Notes: generated from the letters alone by a model not told the origin. Shown: positions 1 through 12,286, counted from the first letter of the stretch. The stretch: DNA of 64,000 bases from Psammoneis japonica (GCA_008632985.1 QPGO01000015.1:249998-313997); one strand, 5' to 3'. Made by a program: numbers and translations.

Positions 1-24
1 GTCCTCTCATTTTGCCTGTCTCAG

Positions 25-387
25 ATCTTTACGATTCCTTTTATTCTGGCTGCTCATAAACATTATTCAGTTGACGTTTTCACAGCGCTGTACGTCACCC
101 CGCTTGTGAGCGAGATGCTCAGACTCAAGCTTCCTGATAAAGATATCAACTCCGCAGATATGGCTCGCCACTATGGGCTGCGCTTTTATCTTGCAAGGGG
201 TGCAAGTTCATATGTGGTAGCAATGTGGGGCAAGGAGTTTTATGTTGAACCTCACGATCTGCCGATGGACATGCAAGAAGCTCACAACAATCTCAACCAA
301 AGATATCCATCCAAAGGATATCCATCCAAAGGATGGGGGACAGAAACGGGCAATGAACTCATGGAACTGGACCCAATGATTGTATAG
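25..387 (+). CDS. Last exon of a sphingomyelin/IPC-synthase-like (PAP2_C domain) protein; gene starts before the window
   Basis: After acceptor ...tctcag (24) the frame reads IFTIPFILAAHKHYSVDVFTALY, matching the HY(T/S)VDV catalytic motif of SMS/IPCS enzymes. In frame with ORF 106..387. Confidence 0.7.
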   Translation: MFTIPFILAAHKHYSVDVFTALYVTPLVSEMLRLKLPDKDINSADMARHYGLRFYLARGASSYVVAMWGKEFYVEPHDLPMDMQEAHNNLNQRYPSKGYPSKGWGTETGNELMELDPMIV

Positions 388-1689
388 CAAAACACGAGCC
401 GTGAAGCAAGTTAATATCACGTCGGCTATTCGATGTGCTGTGACGCCAACGGTCTCAATAATGAATAGGTTTTTGCTTTTTTCCTCAACAGAACAATTCT
501 CTGACCATTTGGTGACGGAGCATCTAGAGTACAGCAAAGGCGTTATGGGGTGGAATAGCTCTTTACTTTCATCTTATCAACGTGCTTTACCGCCAGAGCG
601 GACGCGGAAGCTGAGGGTACCCTAATGGACAAAACATTCTGAAGCCAGAGCCTCCTGCCTCTAGGGCTAGTAGCCTGTTGCTGGTGAGTTTCCGAAGAAG
701 TCTACGTGTTGAAATGTCAACGTGATTACATACCATGCCGGACTCGGTATCGATTTTTGGCGCAATTAAGTCCATCCGATCGATAGTTGGGAAGGAGACG
801 AGGCTACAGTACCCTCTAGCTAGTAGGTACAGTACTGTCCAGGTTATCGCTGACGCGGAGGAAATGCGAAAACGTGATTTAACAGTCGCCAGTCAATCCC
901 AGTATGATGGGATCCGATTGCTCCCATCCTTTGAGAGATCTGTTTGCATCTTGGGAGAGTCGAGCTTCTTGACCACCTGACGAGTCCTCAGAGGAGGAAG
1001 ACTTCAGCAGAACAGTTGTTTGCTGCAAGACCCTGAAGGCGCCATGGGTAACGCGCATGGGTATAGGGATACTAGGGAAACTTTGACACCAGTTTGGCTG
1101 ACTGTGATCGTGCAGTTTGTTTTCGCTGAAGTGACTCTATGAAAGGATGATTCGAGTACAATATGGACGTGTGGAGGTGCTCGTGGTTTTCATTCTTCAG
1201 TGCTAGTAATGCACTTTTGATCATTTGTGGAAATGTCATTCACGCCACTCCCTTACTACTCGCCGTTGCAAGGCTTCCTACTCGAAACCAAGACCTGTGC
1301 TTGGCTCGATAAACCACTGTTGCTGCTCCAGCGTTTAACGGCTTGCTTGCATGCATGCAATCTTCGACAAAGCCATTGTTACTAGTCCAGCGTTTCACAG
1401 CTTGCTTGCATGCAATCTTCATGGCAATTCGAAGCTGCATAAGGTATTGCACAACAATTCAAGCTCCAGCATGGCCCTCTAGTCAGATACTGTGAGCTGG
1501 GGAGTTTACCCAATAGCTAACAAAACGAGCCCGATTACCATTCTGACGCATCAACTGAAGCAGTAGACCATCAAACTAACTCATATCTATCGTTTCTATT
1601 GTGCTGATTTGTTTTCGGTTTTAGCCTAGAAAGTCGAAACACATTGGGACTCGTATATCATATGGTACATCCATTGGAATCCCTCATGA

Positions 1690-2692
1690 CTAGAGGAACC
1701 CCATTGCTGTTAGCTCTTGCTTTGAAATGATAATAAGCTGTGCGAGAAAGACAACCTGAAGGATGCTAAGGCCCGTAAGGCAAAGTTTGACGATTTTAAT
1801 CACAGTCCTTCTCGACTTGGCGTGAGGGCTGTCGCCATTGAGAGCAAGAGCACAATCATTGGTGCAGTAGTAGCCAGCGATAGGCCACATGAAAACTCTG
1901 CAAATGAAGAAAGCGATCACGAAGCACACACCAATTGCAGCCTTGTGATTCGGGAATGCTTCGCCAAGCCCAGGGACGCCGTGCTGATTATCAAAATTCG
2001 CCAACACGCAAAGAATCGCTAATGGGATTTGAGGGAACGAACTGGTGAGTAGAATTCAAAAGTCCAAGGTGACGGGGGAAAGCGGCTTAACTCGTTCACT
2101 AACCTGTAGAAACCTCACTAACACCGAGAAAGAAAATCACGTAAAAGTGAGCAAACCCGGGATACATTGCGATAAACGAGGCCGCCATGCTTAAAACATG
2201 ATGAAAGATGTATTCTGGTCCGTCTCCCCATGCGATAGTGTCGGCAAGATTCTTGACCTGATAGGAGAAGAATATGAGAGCAATGCGGAATGCGGCTGGA
2301 CTATAGGTGAAGAGGCGTTGCTCGTATCCTGCGTCTGGCATGGAGTCGGTCCTTTTGAGGACACGCGACGTCATGTCTTGGCAAACCTTTCGGCTCCTCC
2401 AACCAAAGAACGCGACAGTAGCACAACTCACGGCATCAACCCCCAAGTGGCGAGCAAGGATGAAACGATTTGTTTCATCGGCCAGCAGAGGATGACGATC
2501 TTGTGTCATGAAGAAAACATAGCGGAGGGTCTGCTCAAGAATTATCATGATAGAAATCATCGCCGCACAGGTTACGAAGCTCGAGAACTTGCTCGGTGGA
2601 CTTCCGTCATCACTCAGATAAGAATCTTCTGTTGTCAGAAAGATTGGCTTCCGCTTTGCAGCGTTCTTGGTGCTTGCAGAGTCCTTGCACAT
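1690..2692 (-). CDS. TLC (TRAM/LAG1/CLN8) domain membrane protein, 2 exons
   Basis: ORFs 2099..2692 and 1690..2007 join via a GT-AG intron (2103..2019). Motifs EYIFHHVLS, FFLGVSEVST and FFICRV plus several TM helices. Confidence 0.75.
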
Positions 2693-3330
2693 GGTTGTCG
2701 TGCTCGTGACGGTGTGTTTTCGTTGAAAGAAATGCGATCATTGGAAAACACGGCGGCGGTGCGGTGAAAAGCAAGACACGAAAGGGCAACGTCAGCTCAA
2801 TGTCGGAAGCAGAGACGTCATCATCTTCGAACCACGATACGACGTTGTTGCGTTGCGTTGGTCGGTTGGTTGAACTTGGCGCGTTAAGTACGTTCGTCGT
2901 CCGATGCGACTTTCTGCGGGTATCCGTGCAGAATCAGTTTCCCCTGCCTAACCATTAATCCAACCAACTTCTACCAGCCACACCTCTCTACTATTCATAG
3001 AGCTAGAGAGTAGGGCTACCGGTAGACTACGATACTCTCTCTAGAGAGTAGAGCTACCTTACCAGTACAACATACGGTCGACTGGAACTTCGTGTGCACC
3101 AAACTCTAGAGGTAGAGATAGAATATCTATACTAACCAGGTACAGTTTTTGGGCTCATCTCGCCTACCGGTACCTTACCATAATAAGCTTTTTTGAACGG
3201 ACAACGTCGTCGGTAGATTTACAAGTTCTAATTGTTTGTCCATCATGAGTTCTTGGTCCCCTTCCCATTCCTCTCGAGCGCACTAAAGTGCTTGTTTGAA
3301 ATGACTTCCTTCGCGACACAAAAACACATA

Positions 3331-4140
3331 TTATGCCAAGCTCGACTTCGTGCCCCGGTCTACACCGATTTCGACTTGGTTGTCATCTCCGTCAAGCGGT
3401 AGCTCGATCCTCATTGGTCCAATTACAACGGCAACATCAGGGAGCAATTCCATGACAGATCTAGATTCCTCTGCTGTCTCCCCTCCGTCTCCGCTCCTAG
3501 CTGCGTCAACAATGCTTCCGAAGTACTTCTCCACGAAAGGGACTGCCTTCACCCCGGTCAACAATTGATGGGTTTCCATCGAGATGTCACTGCCGCCGTC
3601 TAATTTTACCATGTCACCACCAAAACATTCAATCTGCTCCCATGTCACTTGCTTTTTCCTTCCATCCATCCAAGGAAACGCAGTAATTGCTACTCTACGA
3701 TAACCACCATCCGCACACTCCAGGCATTCATCCAACTCTTCTTGGACAGCCAGCAGCCCCCAAGGCTTTTTGCTTTGAGCCGGTAAGAAATATCCCTGAA
3801 ACCAAGAAGAATCGAGTTCATGTAGACAAATGATTGCTTGACCATTGTACACTTCCACGTTTTTTGGGCGACTGTTCTGTTCTCCCCTTGTTCTCCTCGG
3901 CGATGTCAATTTGCACGACGGGTCGTCGCAGCACCACTCCATCTCGACACCACCAGAGCTCGTTTCTTTCTTGACGTTGGAGCGGCGTTTCACTTTTGTC
4001 CATCCCAATGGGAGTGGCGTGGCCGGTGCCGGAAATTCATTGACGGACTCGGCTCCGGTGTCGTCCACATTGCGGATTACGGCATCGCCCGACGCATCGA
4101 CGGCGTGTTCACTTTGACTCGCCTTTGGATCCGTTTCCAT
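3331..4140 (-). CDS. Hypothetical protein (269 aa)
   Basis: ATG-started ORF with normal composition; no family recognised. Confidence 0.6.
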   Translation of the reverse strand: METDPKASQSEHAVDASGDAVIRNVDDTGAESVNEFPAPATPLPLGWTKVKRRSNVKKETSSGGVEMEWCCDDPSCKLTSPRRTRGEQNSRPKNVEVYNGQAIICLHELDSSWFQGYFLPAQSKKPWGLLAVQEELDECLECADGGYRRVAITAFPWMDGRKKQVTWEQIECFGGDMVKLDGGSDISMETHQLLTGVKAVPFVEKYFGSIVDAARSGDGGETAEESRSVMELLPDVAVVIGPMRIELPLDGDDNQVEIGVDRGTKSSLA

Positions 4141-4563
4141 GTTTCTCTTGTTGTCGTCTCTCGATGAATACGCCGTAGAACCGACAAGTCAGTCAAAGCG
4201 AGAATAGCAGTGGAATAGTATAGCAAGCAATCAAGTAAGGGAGCAAAATAAGCGAACAAACCCAAACCCAAAACTCAAAACAATATCCTCAAAGCAGTAT
4301 CAGTATGGTACCGTAGTTAGTAAAGCATGCACAAGAAGCTTACTCATCAATGATAGAATGATGTGCTGTCAATCTGAATAGTAGCGATTAATTAAAATTA
4401 TCATGCACAAATAAAATATAAATTAAAAATAGAAGTATACATGATTGAATATTCGAATCGGCTTGGAGGGAGTTTTTCGAAATCAAAATGAAGACGCGCG
4501 TTCCAGTGCGCATCTTTGATGCGAATTCGAATACAGTAGGGCCCTATCTAATTTGCTCTCTCA

Positions 4564-5559
4564 CTATTGTTGCTTCCTATCCATCTCCTGCAATTTTGCA
4601 GACAAAAGCGCAGCGCTTTGTTCTGGAAGGTCGTTTATCTTTTCCTTGAGGTCTTCGATCCATCCCAGCTCTGAAATGAGTTCCAAGAATACAGCATCGC
4701 ATGAGCCTTTGGCAAAGAAATCTCGCTCGGGGCTGTCACCATAATCAATCCCCAACTCCGCACCCACGGGATCCTTGTTCACAACCACTCTCATCGTCGA
4801 TTCGGGCACATTATAGACGAGACTGTTCGCTGGAGACACAACCAAGGATGTACCAGCAACTATCAACAAGTCCAGTTCAGGCAAATCGTTCTGCGCACAT
4901 TCGAAGAACCGCGAGGGTAGCGACCGACCGAACAGTACCGTTGTTGGCTTTACCATGGCTTTACCACACGCCTTGCACACTATCGGAGAAGACTGCTTCG
5001 GAGCTTTATCATCTATTTTGTAAATGTCCTTGATGTGTGCTTGAACGTCATTACAGAATTCATCATAGTCGGCTTCATGTCCGCACGCCTCACACGACGC
5101 TTGAGAAATAGTCCCATGCACATTGACAATCTTGTCAGCAGGGATTCCATCACATTGACGATAGAGCCCGTCAATATTCTGAGTGTATACCCTTGTTAAC
5201 TTTTTTGTTCTGACATGTAGAAGCTCAGCAAACCAATGGGCGATTGTGGCTCTCCATTCTTTCTCTCGCGTCTTCAGGATAAAAGGCCGACGCACTTCCA
5301 AGTAAGGAAACGCCGTTTGTTGAAACATATCCCAGCTTACAACCTCAGTGGGATCAAGGCGCATCGCTTGACGCTGGGATTCTGTTGCAGTAATGAGATC
5401 AGGTTGCAAGGTGTCGTACATACCACCTGGACTTCGAAAGTCCGGAATCCCAGAAGCCACAGAGACTCCTGCACCTGTGAGTAACGCAACCGATTTGCAT
5501 TCCGGTGATAGCAAATATCGAGCCAACGAGGCAATGTCGACCGGAGCTGAAACCTTCAT
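4564..5559 (-). CDS. NAD-dependent deacetylase, Sir2/SIRT2-like (class I sirtuin)
   Basis: GAGVSVASGIPDFRSP, YTQNIDGL, HGT, two CxxC Zn pairs, KPTTVLFG, GTSLVVSP. Likely start MKVSAP at 5559. Confidence 0.92.
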   Translation of the reverse strand: MKVSAPVDIASLARYLLSPECKSVALLTGAGVSVASGIPDFRSPGGMYDTLQPDLITATESQRQAMRLDPTEVVSWDMFQQTAFPYLEVRRPFILKTREKEWRATIAHWFAELLHVRTKKLTRVYTQNIDGLYRQCDGIPADKIVNVHGTISQASCEACGHEADYDEFCNDVQAHIKDIYKIDDKAPKQSSPIVCKACGKAMVKPTTVLFGRSLPSRFFECAQNDLPELDLLIVAGTSLVVSPANSLVYNVPESTMRVVVNKDPVGAELGIDYGDSPERDFFAKGSCDAVFLELISELGWIEDLKEKINDLPEQSAALLSAKLQEMDRKQQ

Positions 5560-5779
5560 GAGAAAAGCAAATAAGAGACAATGTGGAATCAAGTTTTGAA
5601 GATTAGTTCATGCAGCGAGGTTGTGTTGCTTTTTTTTATTCATATTGCTTTTCGGAATTTTTGGACGTTTGCGCGGCCGCGGAGCGCGATTTTCAGAGGC
5701 GACTCCTCCTCCTCCTGCTGCCTCACGACTCGCTGTTCTTTCGAAGTACGAATGGGACTCTCCAAAGTAGAGTCCGAAC

Positions 5780-8400
5780 GCATTGACGACAATGCGTGAC
5801 AAGCGACACTTTTGTTGGAGGAAGGCCTCTTTCGCAAATGACGAGTTGTGAATGGGATCGAAAACACCGAGTGCTTGAGGAATGCTGTTGAGTTCAATCC
5901 CCGTTGCTGCCGTGACGTGATCCAACTGGAATGCAGAGCAGGGCTGAAGATTGCAGTTGATCGTGCAAGATGATGACTCCTCACACCATCAATTGTTCTT
6001 AGGCTCATGAAGGTTGCATTGAACAAGGATGGGTGAGTGCAGTTGTTCTGAGCGGAAGGTGCAATGCTTGTGGTGTGCATCTGACCTGTGCGACACTTGC
6101 TGGCCCTCAATGCCGAAGCAAGCCAACAACAAAAATTCTTCCTGCCGACTCAAAAACCATCATGGTGAAAGAGATTTCTGCACCTCCCTTCTCAAGAAAC
6201 CCCAGTTTGTGTTTGAAGATTTTGAGAGTGACCTGCTGTCCACATGGGAATGGCCACTGAGCGACCGTCGCTGGCGGGGGGTTTGAGGGTCGCATTGGTT
6301 GCAGCACGCATGGCGGCCAACATGTTTGGAGCCAAAGAAGAGGCATTGGTGCCAGGGGAAGCACTGGGCGAGGTGGCAGGAGGTGAGTCACCATCCTGAG
6401 CTGATGCCGGAGACAGAGCAGAAAGCAAAGATGTCACTGAGGAGATCGCCAGGACAACACCATCTTAGATCAAGTGCCGCAAGCAGCGGCCATCATGGGG
6501 TGTTGGTTGTGTTGTGAAAATGTCAATTGTGCACTGGGCAGTTGGCACTGGATTTTTAGACTGTGCAACTCATGCATGTCTCAGCACGCAAGTGGAAAAT
6601 TCACCATGTCACATGCACCACGTTGACTGATGAAATCGAAGAGGATGAAAAATGCAGCGGCATTGTTGGCACCATCGGCGTCAACAGAGCGGTGTTGTTG
6701 TTGTTCAAAACAATGTCCACCAGTGTCAACAAGGTTGTGCAATGAGTGTTTTGTTGTTTTGTGGTGCGGCACATGGGCCCCACTTGCTTGCAGCAGCAAA
6801 AGAGCGGCTCACAACCTCAGAGCAATCCACTGTCTGCACAGAAATGGCCACTCCACTGAGAGGTTTTGTCAAATCAGGGACTGCAACACCAAGTCATGGT
6901 TTGCCATTTTCTCTTTGCTCCAGTTTTGACAGACGTGCAATCCTGTTGTGCTTGCTGCAACAAACCACAAATCGATTGGTTGGAGTTCTGGCAACCACCG
7001 CAAACAAAATGTCTGGAGGACTTCTTGTTCCAAACTCAGGTGGTGCTCACATGCCCATTTTTGCACAAAAATGAATGTTTTGTGATGTGTGCATGCATTG
7101 CAACAATTGTTTGCACCGCAAATGTTGTGTTCATGACTGAAGCTCAAACAAACAAGTGAAAGGAAAACAAAAACAGTCATGGCTCTTTCAGCAGCCATGA
7201 CAGCCTCCTCTTTTCAACCTCGCGGACAATTGTTGAGGGGCATCATGAGGAACACAGCATTTGACATGGTTGGCACATGAACTGCACATGACAAAAATGG
7301 CTGCTGCAGTCTGTGGTGCACTTTTGCACTTGGCCATGGTGACTGCAGCTTTCAGAAGCAACAACCAGCCTCATTTTGCTCCCAATTTAATGCCAAGGAG
7401 ACTGTTTCTTTTCCTTCGTCGTGCAAGTCATTTCCCAGTTGTCAACTGGTGCAAGACTGTCAGTCATCGACATGGAGAAAGCAGTGGGAAAGGATCCAAA
7501 GTTGATGCCATTGTGGTGCTGATGCATTTCTTGATTCATCCTTCAATCAATTTGTTGCTCAATGAACATGTTGTTGAAACAGTTGAATCGCAAGTGTCAG
7601 AATGAATGCACAAAAAACTTTTTGCCTGTGTGCCACATTGACCCAATTTGTGCAAAAGAACGTTCATGCATGTTGCATGTCAGCACATCAATGTGAACAT
7701 AAATTGCTTGATGAAAAATTGAGCTCTCATCTTGCGGCACCATTTGGTGACAACAGACCCGATCAATCTTCAGAAATGAAATTGCAGGCACACACACGAG
7801 GCCTTTTTGCATGTGTTCATGTCCAAACATTTGAGTGTGTCCACTTTTTTACTGTTAAAAATTGCACTGCAAGTTTGAGCCATGCATTTAATGGGAAAAT
7901 GGGCATTTTTCATGCATGTGCGCACCCAAGTCTGGAGCAAGTGGAGTGTGAAGAAGACGCCAAAGGCTTCAAAGAAAAAGCAAACAATTGGAAGCAGAAG
8001 AAGGGTGAGCCATCCTTGGGCATGCGGCATTCATGTTTGACAACCTTGGCTCTTCTCCTCTCAGTGACATCTCAGTTGCAGGTTTCGCAGGACGACCAAT
8101 TCTTGAAAGCTCAACAAAGCAACTGTGGCAATCACAACAGTGTGCGCCAAAAGCAAGTGGTGTGTCAAGACGAAGAGAAGATTTTGTTTGTGCATCACAC
8201 GACAGCGATTTTGCTTGCATCGAAGTGAACAGATTTTGAAAACGGCGCAAGTTTTTCTGAACAAAGCAAAATAAGGCGGGAAAACAAACAGTGTCTCACT
8301 GTCACATTTTGTGCAGTTGTGGTGCGAACCGCTGGGTGGGTCTGCCCTTGTTGAAAGTTGAAACTTCCCGCACGACGAGCTCCGAACTCCAAAAAGAATG
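5780..8400. mobile_element. Degenerate repeat/TE-derived block, TpA-depleted; family not identifiable
   Basis: Almost no TA dinucleotides; overlapping Cys/His-rich, Tyr-free ORFs on both strands. Same signature as the identifiable retroelement at 18-21 kb. Confidence 0.55.
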
Positions 8401-8673
8401 AGCAGTTGCAGACGCTTGCGTGGGGCTGTTCTGGGGGACGTCTTCGGAAGTGAGACTGTCGAAGAAAGTTACGTAGATTTTGTACTAAAACAGTCTGTCA
8501 ATCAGTGCGATTGGGTATTTGGGACCTCTGGACAGATCCTACGTGTTTTTTTTTGCGTACAAATTGTACTGGGAAAGCCCCAAACGCACTGGCGATCAGA
8601 CCGCCTTCGACGATCTCACTTCCATCCAAAGACGCCCCCCAGTTCCAACTTCCAACAAACAGAAGCGACAACG

Positions 8674-9510
8674 ATGATGATTCCACGTCTTTGCTCCACT
8701 TTTGGACTGTTGCCCTTTATTCACTTTGCTGACTCCTTTAGCAACAATCGAATGGTCTTGCCGAGAACTGATGCCGGCAAATCGAGGTCGTCGGTCAAAG
8801 TGCAACGACAAGGTGTTGGAGCGCTGTTTCTGGCTTCTACTGGTGCCGATGTCAACGATGAAAATGTCGACACCGACAGCTTACCTGCTCTGATTGTATT
8901 CGATTTGGATGGTTGTCTGTGGCGCCCTGAAATGTATGAACTTCTTTGGTATTCTAATGGGCGTGGTGCACCATTCCGTCCAGATCCGAACATGCCGGGA
9001 CAGCTCTTGACTCGCGGAGATGAACCAGTGTATTTGCTTGGGCAAGCACGACAGATAATGAAAGAGATTTGGACCGAAAGAGAATCAAAGTATCGTGGCG
9101 TAACCTTGGGTATAAGCAGCCGAACGGATCAACCTGACTGGGCTCGAGAATTGTTGGACAAGTTCGGCATTGACGAAACGGAGAATCAGGGTACTTCGAG
9201 ATACGTGAGTCTTCGAGATGTGTTTGGAAAGGGTCCGATAGAAATATCTCATGATTCAAAAGTAAAACACTTTCAAAGAATTTCGCAACAACACGGTATT
9301 CCTATGGAGAAAATGCTCTTCTTCGACAATGAGTCTGGAAACTGCCGAGAGGTATCAAAGTTGGGTGTAACAGTTGCATACTGTCCGGATGGTGTGACAC
9401 AACAAGTTTGGGATGTGGCACTTGAGTCATTCCCTCAAAGCAACGGAGATATGATTGGCTTAGATATCTACGGATATGACACTTTACAAGGCGCTGATCG
9501 GTTCTATTAA
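8674..9510 (+). CDS. Magnesium-dependent phosphatase 1 (MDP-1, HAD family), probably plastid-targeted
   Basis: VFDLDGCLW, SSRT, K..HF and FFDNE HAD motifs. N-terminus MMIPRLCSTFGLLPFIHFADS|FSN resembles a signal peptide with Phe at +1 (ASAFAP-type). Confidence 0.85.
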   Translation: MMIPRLCSTFGLLPFIHFADSFSNNRMVLPRTDAGKSRSSVKVQRQGVGALFLASTGADVNDENVDTDSLPALIVFDLDGCLWRPEMYELLWYSNGRGAPFRPDPNMPGQLLTRGDEPVYLLGQARQIMKEIWTERESKYRGVTLGISSRTDQPDWARELLDKFGIDETENQGTSRYVSLRDVFGKGPIEISHDSKVKHFQRISQQHGIPMEKMLFFDNESGNCREVSKLGVTVAYCPDGVTQQVWDVALESFPQSNGDMIGLDIYGYDTLQGADRFY

Positions 9511-9588
9511 TAGTAGCGAATTGAGAGGCATTGAGCATTGGTTTCGACAGCATATTGTGTAGGCCAAAAAATATCGACTTGGCGCTTT

Positions 9589-10992
9589 CTAGTAGCGAGG
9601 CATCGAAGGGTCAACATCCTTCTGCCATCTCATGATCCCACCATCAAGGTTATAGAGGCGATCGGGCTCAACGCCTAGATCAATCAGCCGATTGCACGCC
9701 TTTTTGCCTCTCACTCCAGCCTTACAATACACCAGAACATCACCAGCCTTGGGGATATTGTCCACTTGGACCGTTCTGTGAGAAACAACTTTGTCAGTAA
9801 AAGGGAGAGCGACAATGTCGTGTTCTGTCCCAAGTCGGACGTCTAATACCCATGGTGACCAACCGTTCGACAACCTGTCTAGGCACGCCACTGGTTCAAT
9901 CGTATGAAAAGCCGGAGGGGTATCTGAAGATGATTCAGTCTCTGCTTCATCCATCGTTCTCCCCTCTGCTGTAGAATCCGTTTCTTTCGCTTTCGCTGGA
10001 GGAGAGGGCTGTTTCGGACCTGCGCAGAATCCTTGATAATCGATCAGTTCTGTGATTTCCTGTCGGTCTTTCAGCTTGGCTAGTCCAATCTCGCTGAATT
10101 TCATGGTAAGGGCATCAAACACCAGCACACGGCTACTCACGAGCCCTTCTCGACGTCCAAGAATGAATTTGATAACCTCTGTCGCTTGCAAACAACCCAT
10201 TGTTCCAGGAAGCACGCCCAAGACCCCACCCTCTGCACATGAAGGGACATCTCCTGGTGGGGGAGGTACTGGCAGCAGATCGCGATAGGTTGGACCGGTT
10301 CCATCCAAATTAAACACAGACAACTGTCCCTCGAACGCAAGAATGGCGGAGTAAACCCACGTCTTTTTCAATATGTCGCAGGCATCATTGATAAGATACT
10401 TGGTGGGAAAATTGTCGCTCCCATCCACTACAATGTCGTACGGCCTGTCGGTATCAAAGCCATCACCCAATATCCTCATGGCAGTTTGTGACGTGAATTC
10501 TTCTTCATAAAGTCGAACCTTGACGAAAGGATTTATGTCTTGGATGCGTTTCTGCGACGATTGACACTTTGACATTCCAACAGTGGATGTCCCGTGTATA
10601 ATCTGCCTTTGTAAATTCGACTCATCAACAGTATCACCATCAACAATACCTATGTGTCCAACACCGGCAGCTGCCAAGTACAACAGACAAGGCGATCCCA
10701 GACCACCGGCACCCACGACAAGGACACTGGCATCTCTTAGCGCCTTTTGACCAGCCATTCCGACATCACCCAGAACCAAGTGACGTGAATAGCGCGCAAT
10801 CTCGGGATTTGTCAAGTCCGTATCGTCATTGCTCGTACCAAGAGAAATTGATTTATCACGGGAAGAGGTACAAGTTCGACGTTCACCGAAAGCGTTGGAT
10901 GTGCTGGGCGAAACAACAAAAGCAGCTGACATGCCACACAGATTCAACTCCGCTGCAAGAACAACGATTGTGCCGGCAAACAAAGCCTTCAT
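9589..10992 (-). CDS. MoeB/ThiF adenylyltransferase-rhodanese fusion with bipartite plastid presequence
   Basis: RYSRHL, VGAGGLG, DESNLQRQIIH, VPSCAEGGVLGVLPG; rhodanese YCKAGVR and LDGGIMRW. Signal peptide ending SAA|FVV. Confidence 0.9.
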   Translation of the reverse strand: MKALFAGTIVVLAAELNLCGMSAAFVVSPSTSNAFGERRTCTSSRDKSISLGTSNDDTDLTNPEIARYSRHLVLGDVGMAGQKALRDASVLVVGAGGLGSPCLLYLAAAGVGHIGIVDGDTVDESNLQRQIIHGTSTVGMSKCQSSQKRIQDINPFVKVRLYEEEFTSQTAMRILGDGFDTDRPYDIVVDGSDNFPTKYLINDACDILKKTWVYSAILAFEGQLSVFNLDGTGPTYRDLLPVPPPPGDVPSCAEGGVLGVLPGTMGCLQATEVIKFILGRREGLVSSRVLVFDALTMKFSEIGLAKLKDRQEITELIDYQGFCAGPKQPSPPAKAKETDSTAEGRTMDEAETESSSDTPPAFHTIEPVACLDRLSNGWSPWVLDVRLGTEHDIVALPFTDKVVSHRTVQVDNIPKAGDVLVYCKAGVRGKKACNRLIDLGVEPDRLYNLDGGIMRWQKDVDPSMPRY

Positions 10993-11414
10993 CTTGATAC
11001 AGGTGGATGGCAGCCTCAGGTCACGAGCTAAGCGGTAAGTAGGGATGGTCGATGAAAGATGCTATGTATGTGCGGGTCGAAGATGCATGTGCCACATTGA
11101 ACACAACATCATGATGTGACCGGTGGATGCGCGATGGATCGATCGATCGATCGATCGAACGCCGCGCTGACAGGTCGTCGTCCGTCGTCCGGTTTATGTT
11201 TTGGCGCAACGCAGATTTGCAACTACTGCCTCTAGCTAGAGCCCTACATAGAAGTAGCTGAGTCGTACCGTACGTAGCTCTAGAGCGCTTGCGTTAGTCC
11301 CATGCTATTGATTAAACGTATGACTACAACTCCCGTGCATAAGACACTGCAGAGAAAAACTTGTTCAAGGAATCTTTTGAAGCGACCTTCCTCAATGCTG
11401 TTGAATCGATGATC

Positions 11415-11948
11415 CTATTTCGAGCCTGTTTCTACTGTTTCTAGACATGACATTGGAAACCACCCAATCGCAAAGTCTGGCGTAGATTCGTTCCCCTCGC
11501 TCACCTTTTGACTTTGTGAGCGGCAAAGATTGTACATTCCATCCGGTCCAACACTTTCCTCCAAAACGAAAACAACGTCCCCGACCTTGACATTTTGCAG
11601 ACATTTTGGGCCGTTAAACATTGACGGTATTCTCCGAACGACGCACTCAAAGAGAGGCGCCTTGGTTTCGAGGCTAGAGGCCCATTTCTGTTCCTTGACT
11701 CTGTCTTGAGCAGCTTCACGTCGAAAATGGGACAACAAGTCACTACGTGCCTTCTCTTGTTGGTATTGCAATACTTGATCTATTCCCAACAACCCAAGAA
11801 TAATCACTCCAATAGATATTTCTATGGTTCCGTTTTGTCTCCAAACACTGCATCGATCACGGAATGACGGCGCGGAAAAGCGTCTCTTTGGACAATTCGA
11901 TGTCATCAGAGACACTCTTTTCACGGCGAGCCTCCATTGCGTCCACAT
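11415..11948 (-). CDS. Single-TM protein with C-terminal SH3-like domain
   Basis: Basic N-terminus, one TM helix, then L..VKVGDVVFVLEE...GWFPMSCL resembling an SH3 fold. Confidence 0.55.
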   Translation of the reverse strand: MWTQWRLAVKRVSLMTSNCPKRRFSAPSFRDRCSVWRQNGTIEISIGVIILGLLGIDQVLQYQQEKARSDLLSHFRREAAQDRVKEQKWASSLETKAPLFECVVRRIPSMFNGPKCLQNVKVGDVVFVLEESVGPDGMYNLCRSQSQKVSEGNESTPDFAIGWFPMSCLETVETGSK

Positions 11949-12286
11949 TTTTTCTGGCTCTAAAAGACAGCAAACGTTCTGTAACCTGAAACACTTTTCA
12001 AATGTGCTTTATTCAACCTCCTGGTGTACCACAGAGCAGTAAAGCTGTTGGCACATCGTTGTGGTTCTCTGCTATCATAGCTGGAGAAAGCCACACCCGC
12101 GACCGCGCGCTTTTTCTCTTAGTCAGCGCCTGCGCGTCGTACGCTCGGAGGGAAATTACAAGGATGAAAGATACCGCGGGCGGGAGCTCGAATGAATCAA
12201 TTGGATGACTTTCGACTTATCGAACATCTTGATGATCGATCGATGACCGTTTCTCCTCTTTTGCTTCGCTTCTCGCTTCCTTCTCC

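Noticed and set aside
302..333. 15-bp tandem repeat GATATCCATCCAAAG x2
   Set aside because: Small in-frame duplication (YPSKG x2) in a coding tail; no wider significance visible.
1327..1420. Duplicated TCCAGCGTTT..GCTTGCTTGCATGCAATCTTC unit
   Set aside because: Two short imperfect intergenic copies with no TIR, target-site duplication or other support.
5900..8400. ORFs such as 7602..8228 as real genes or as a stop-codon-reassigned code
   Set aside because: The depletion is frame- and strand-independent, so it is mutational and not a genetic-code change. Flanking genes use TAA/TAG normally.
8398..8673. N-terminal 92 aa of the 370-aa ORF
   Set aside because: Probably 5' UTR or promoter read-through; the signal peptide starts at Met 8674.
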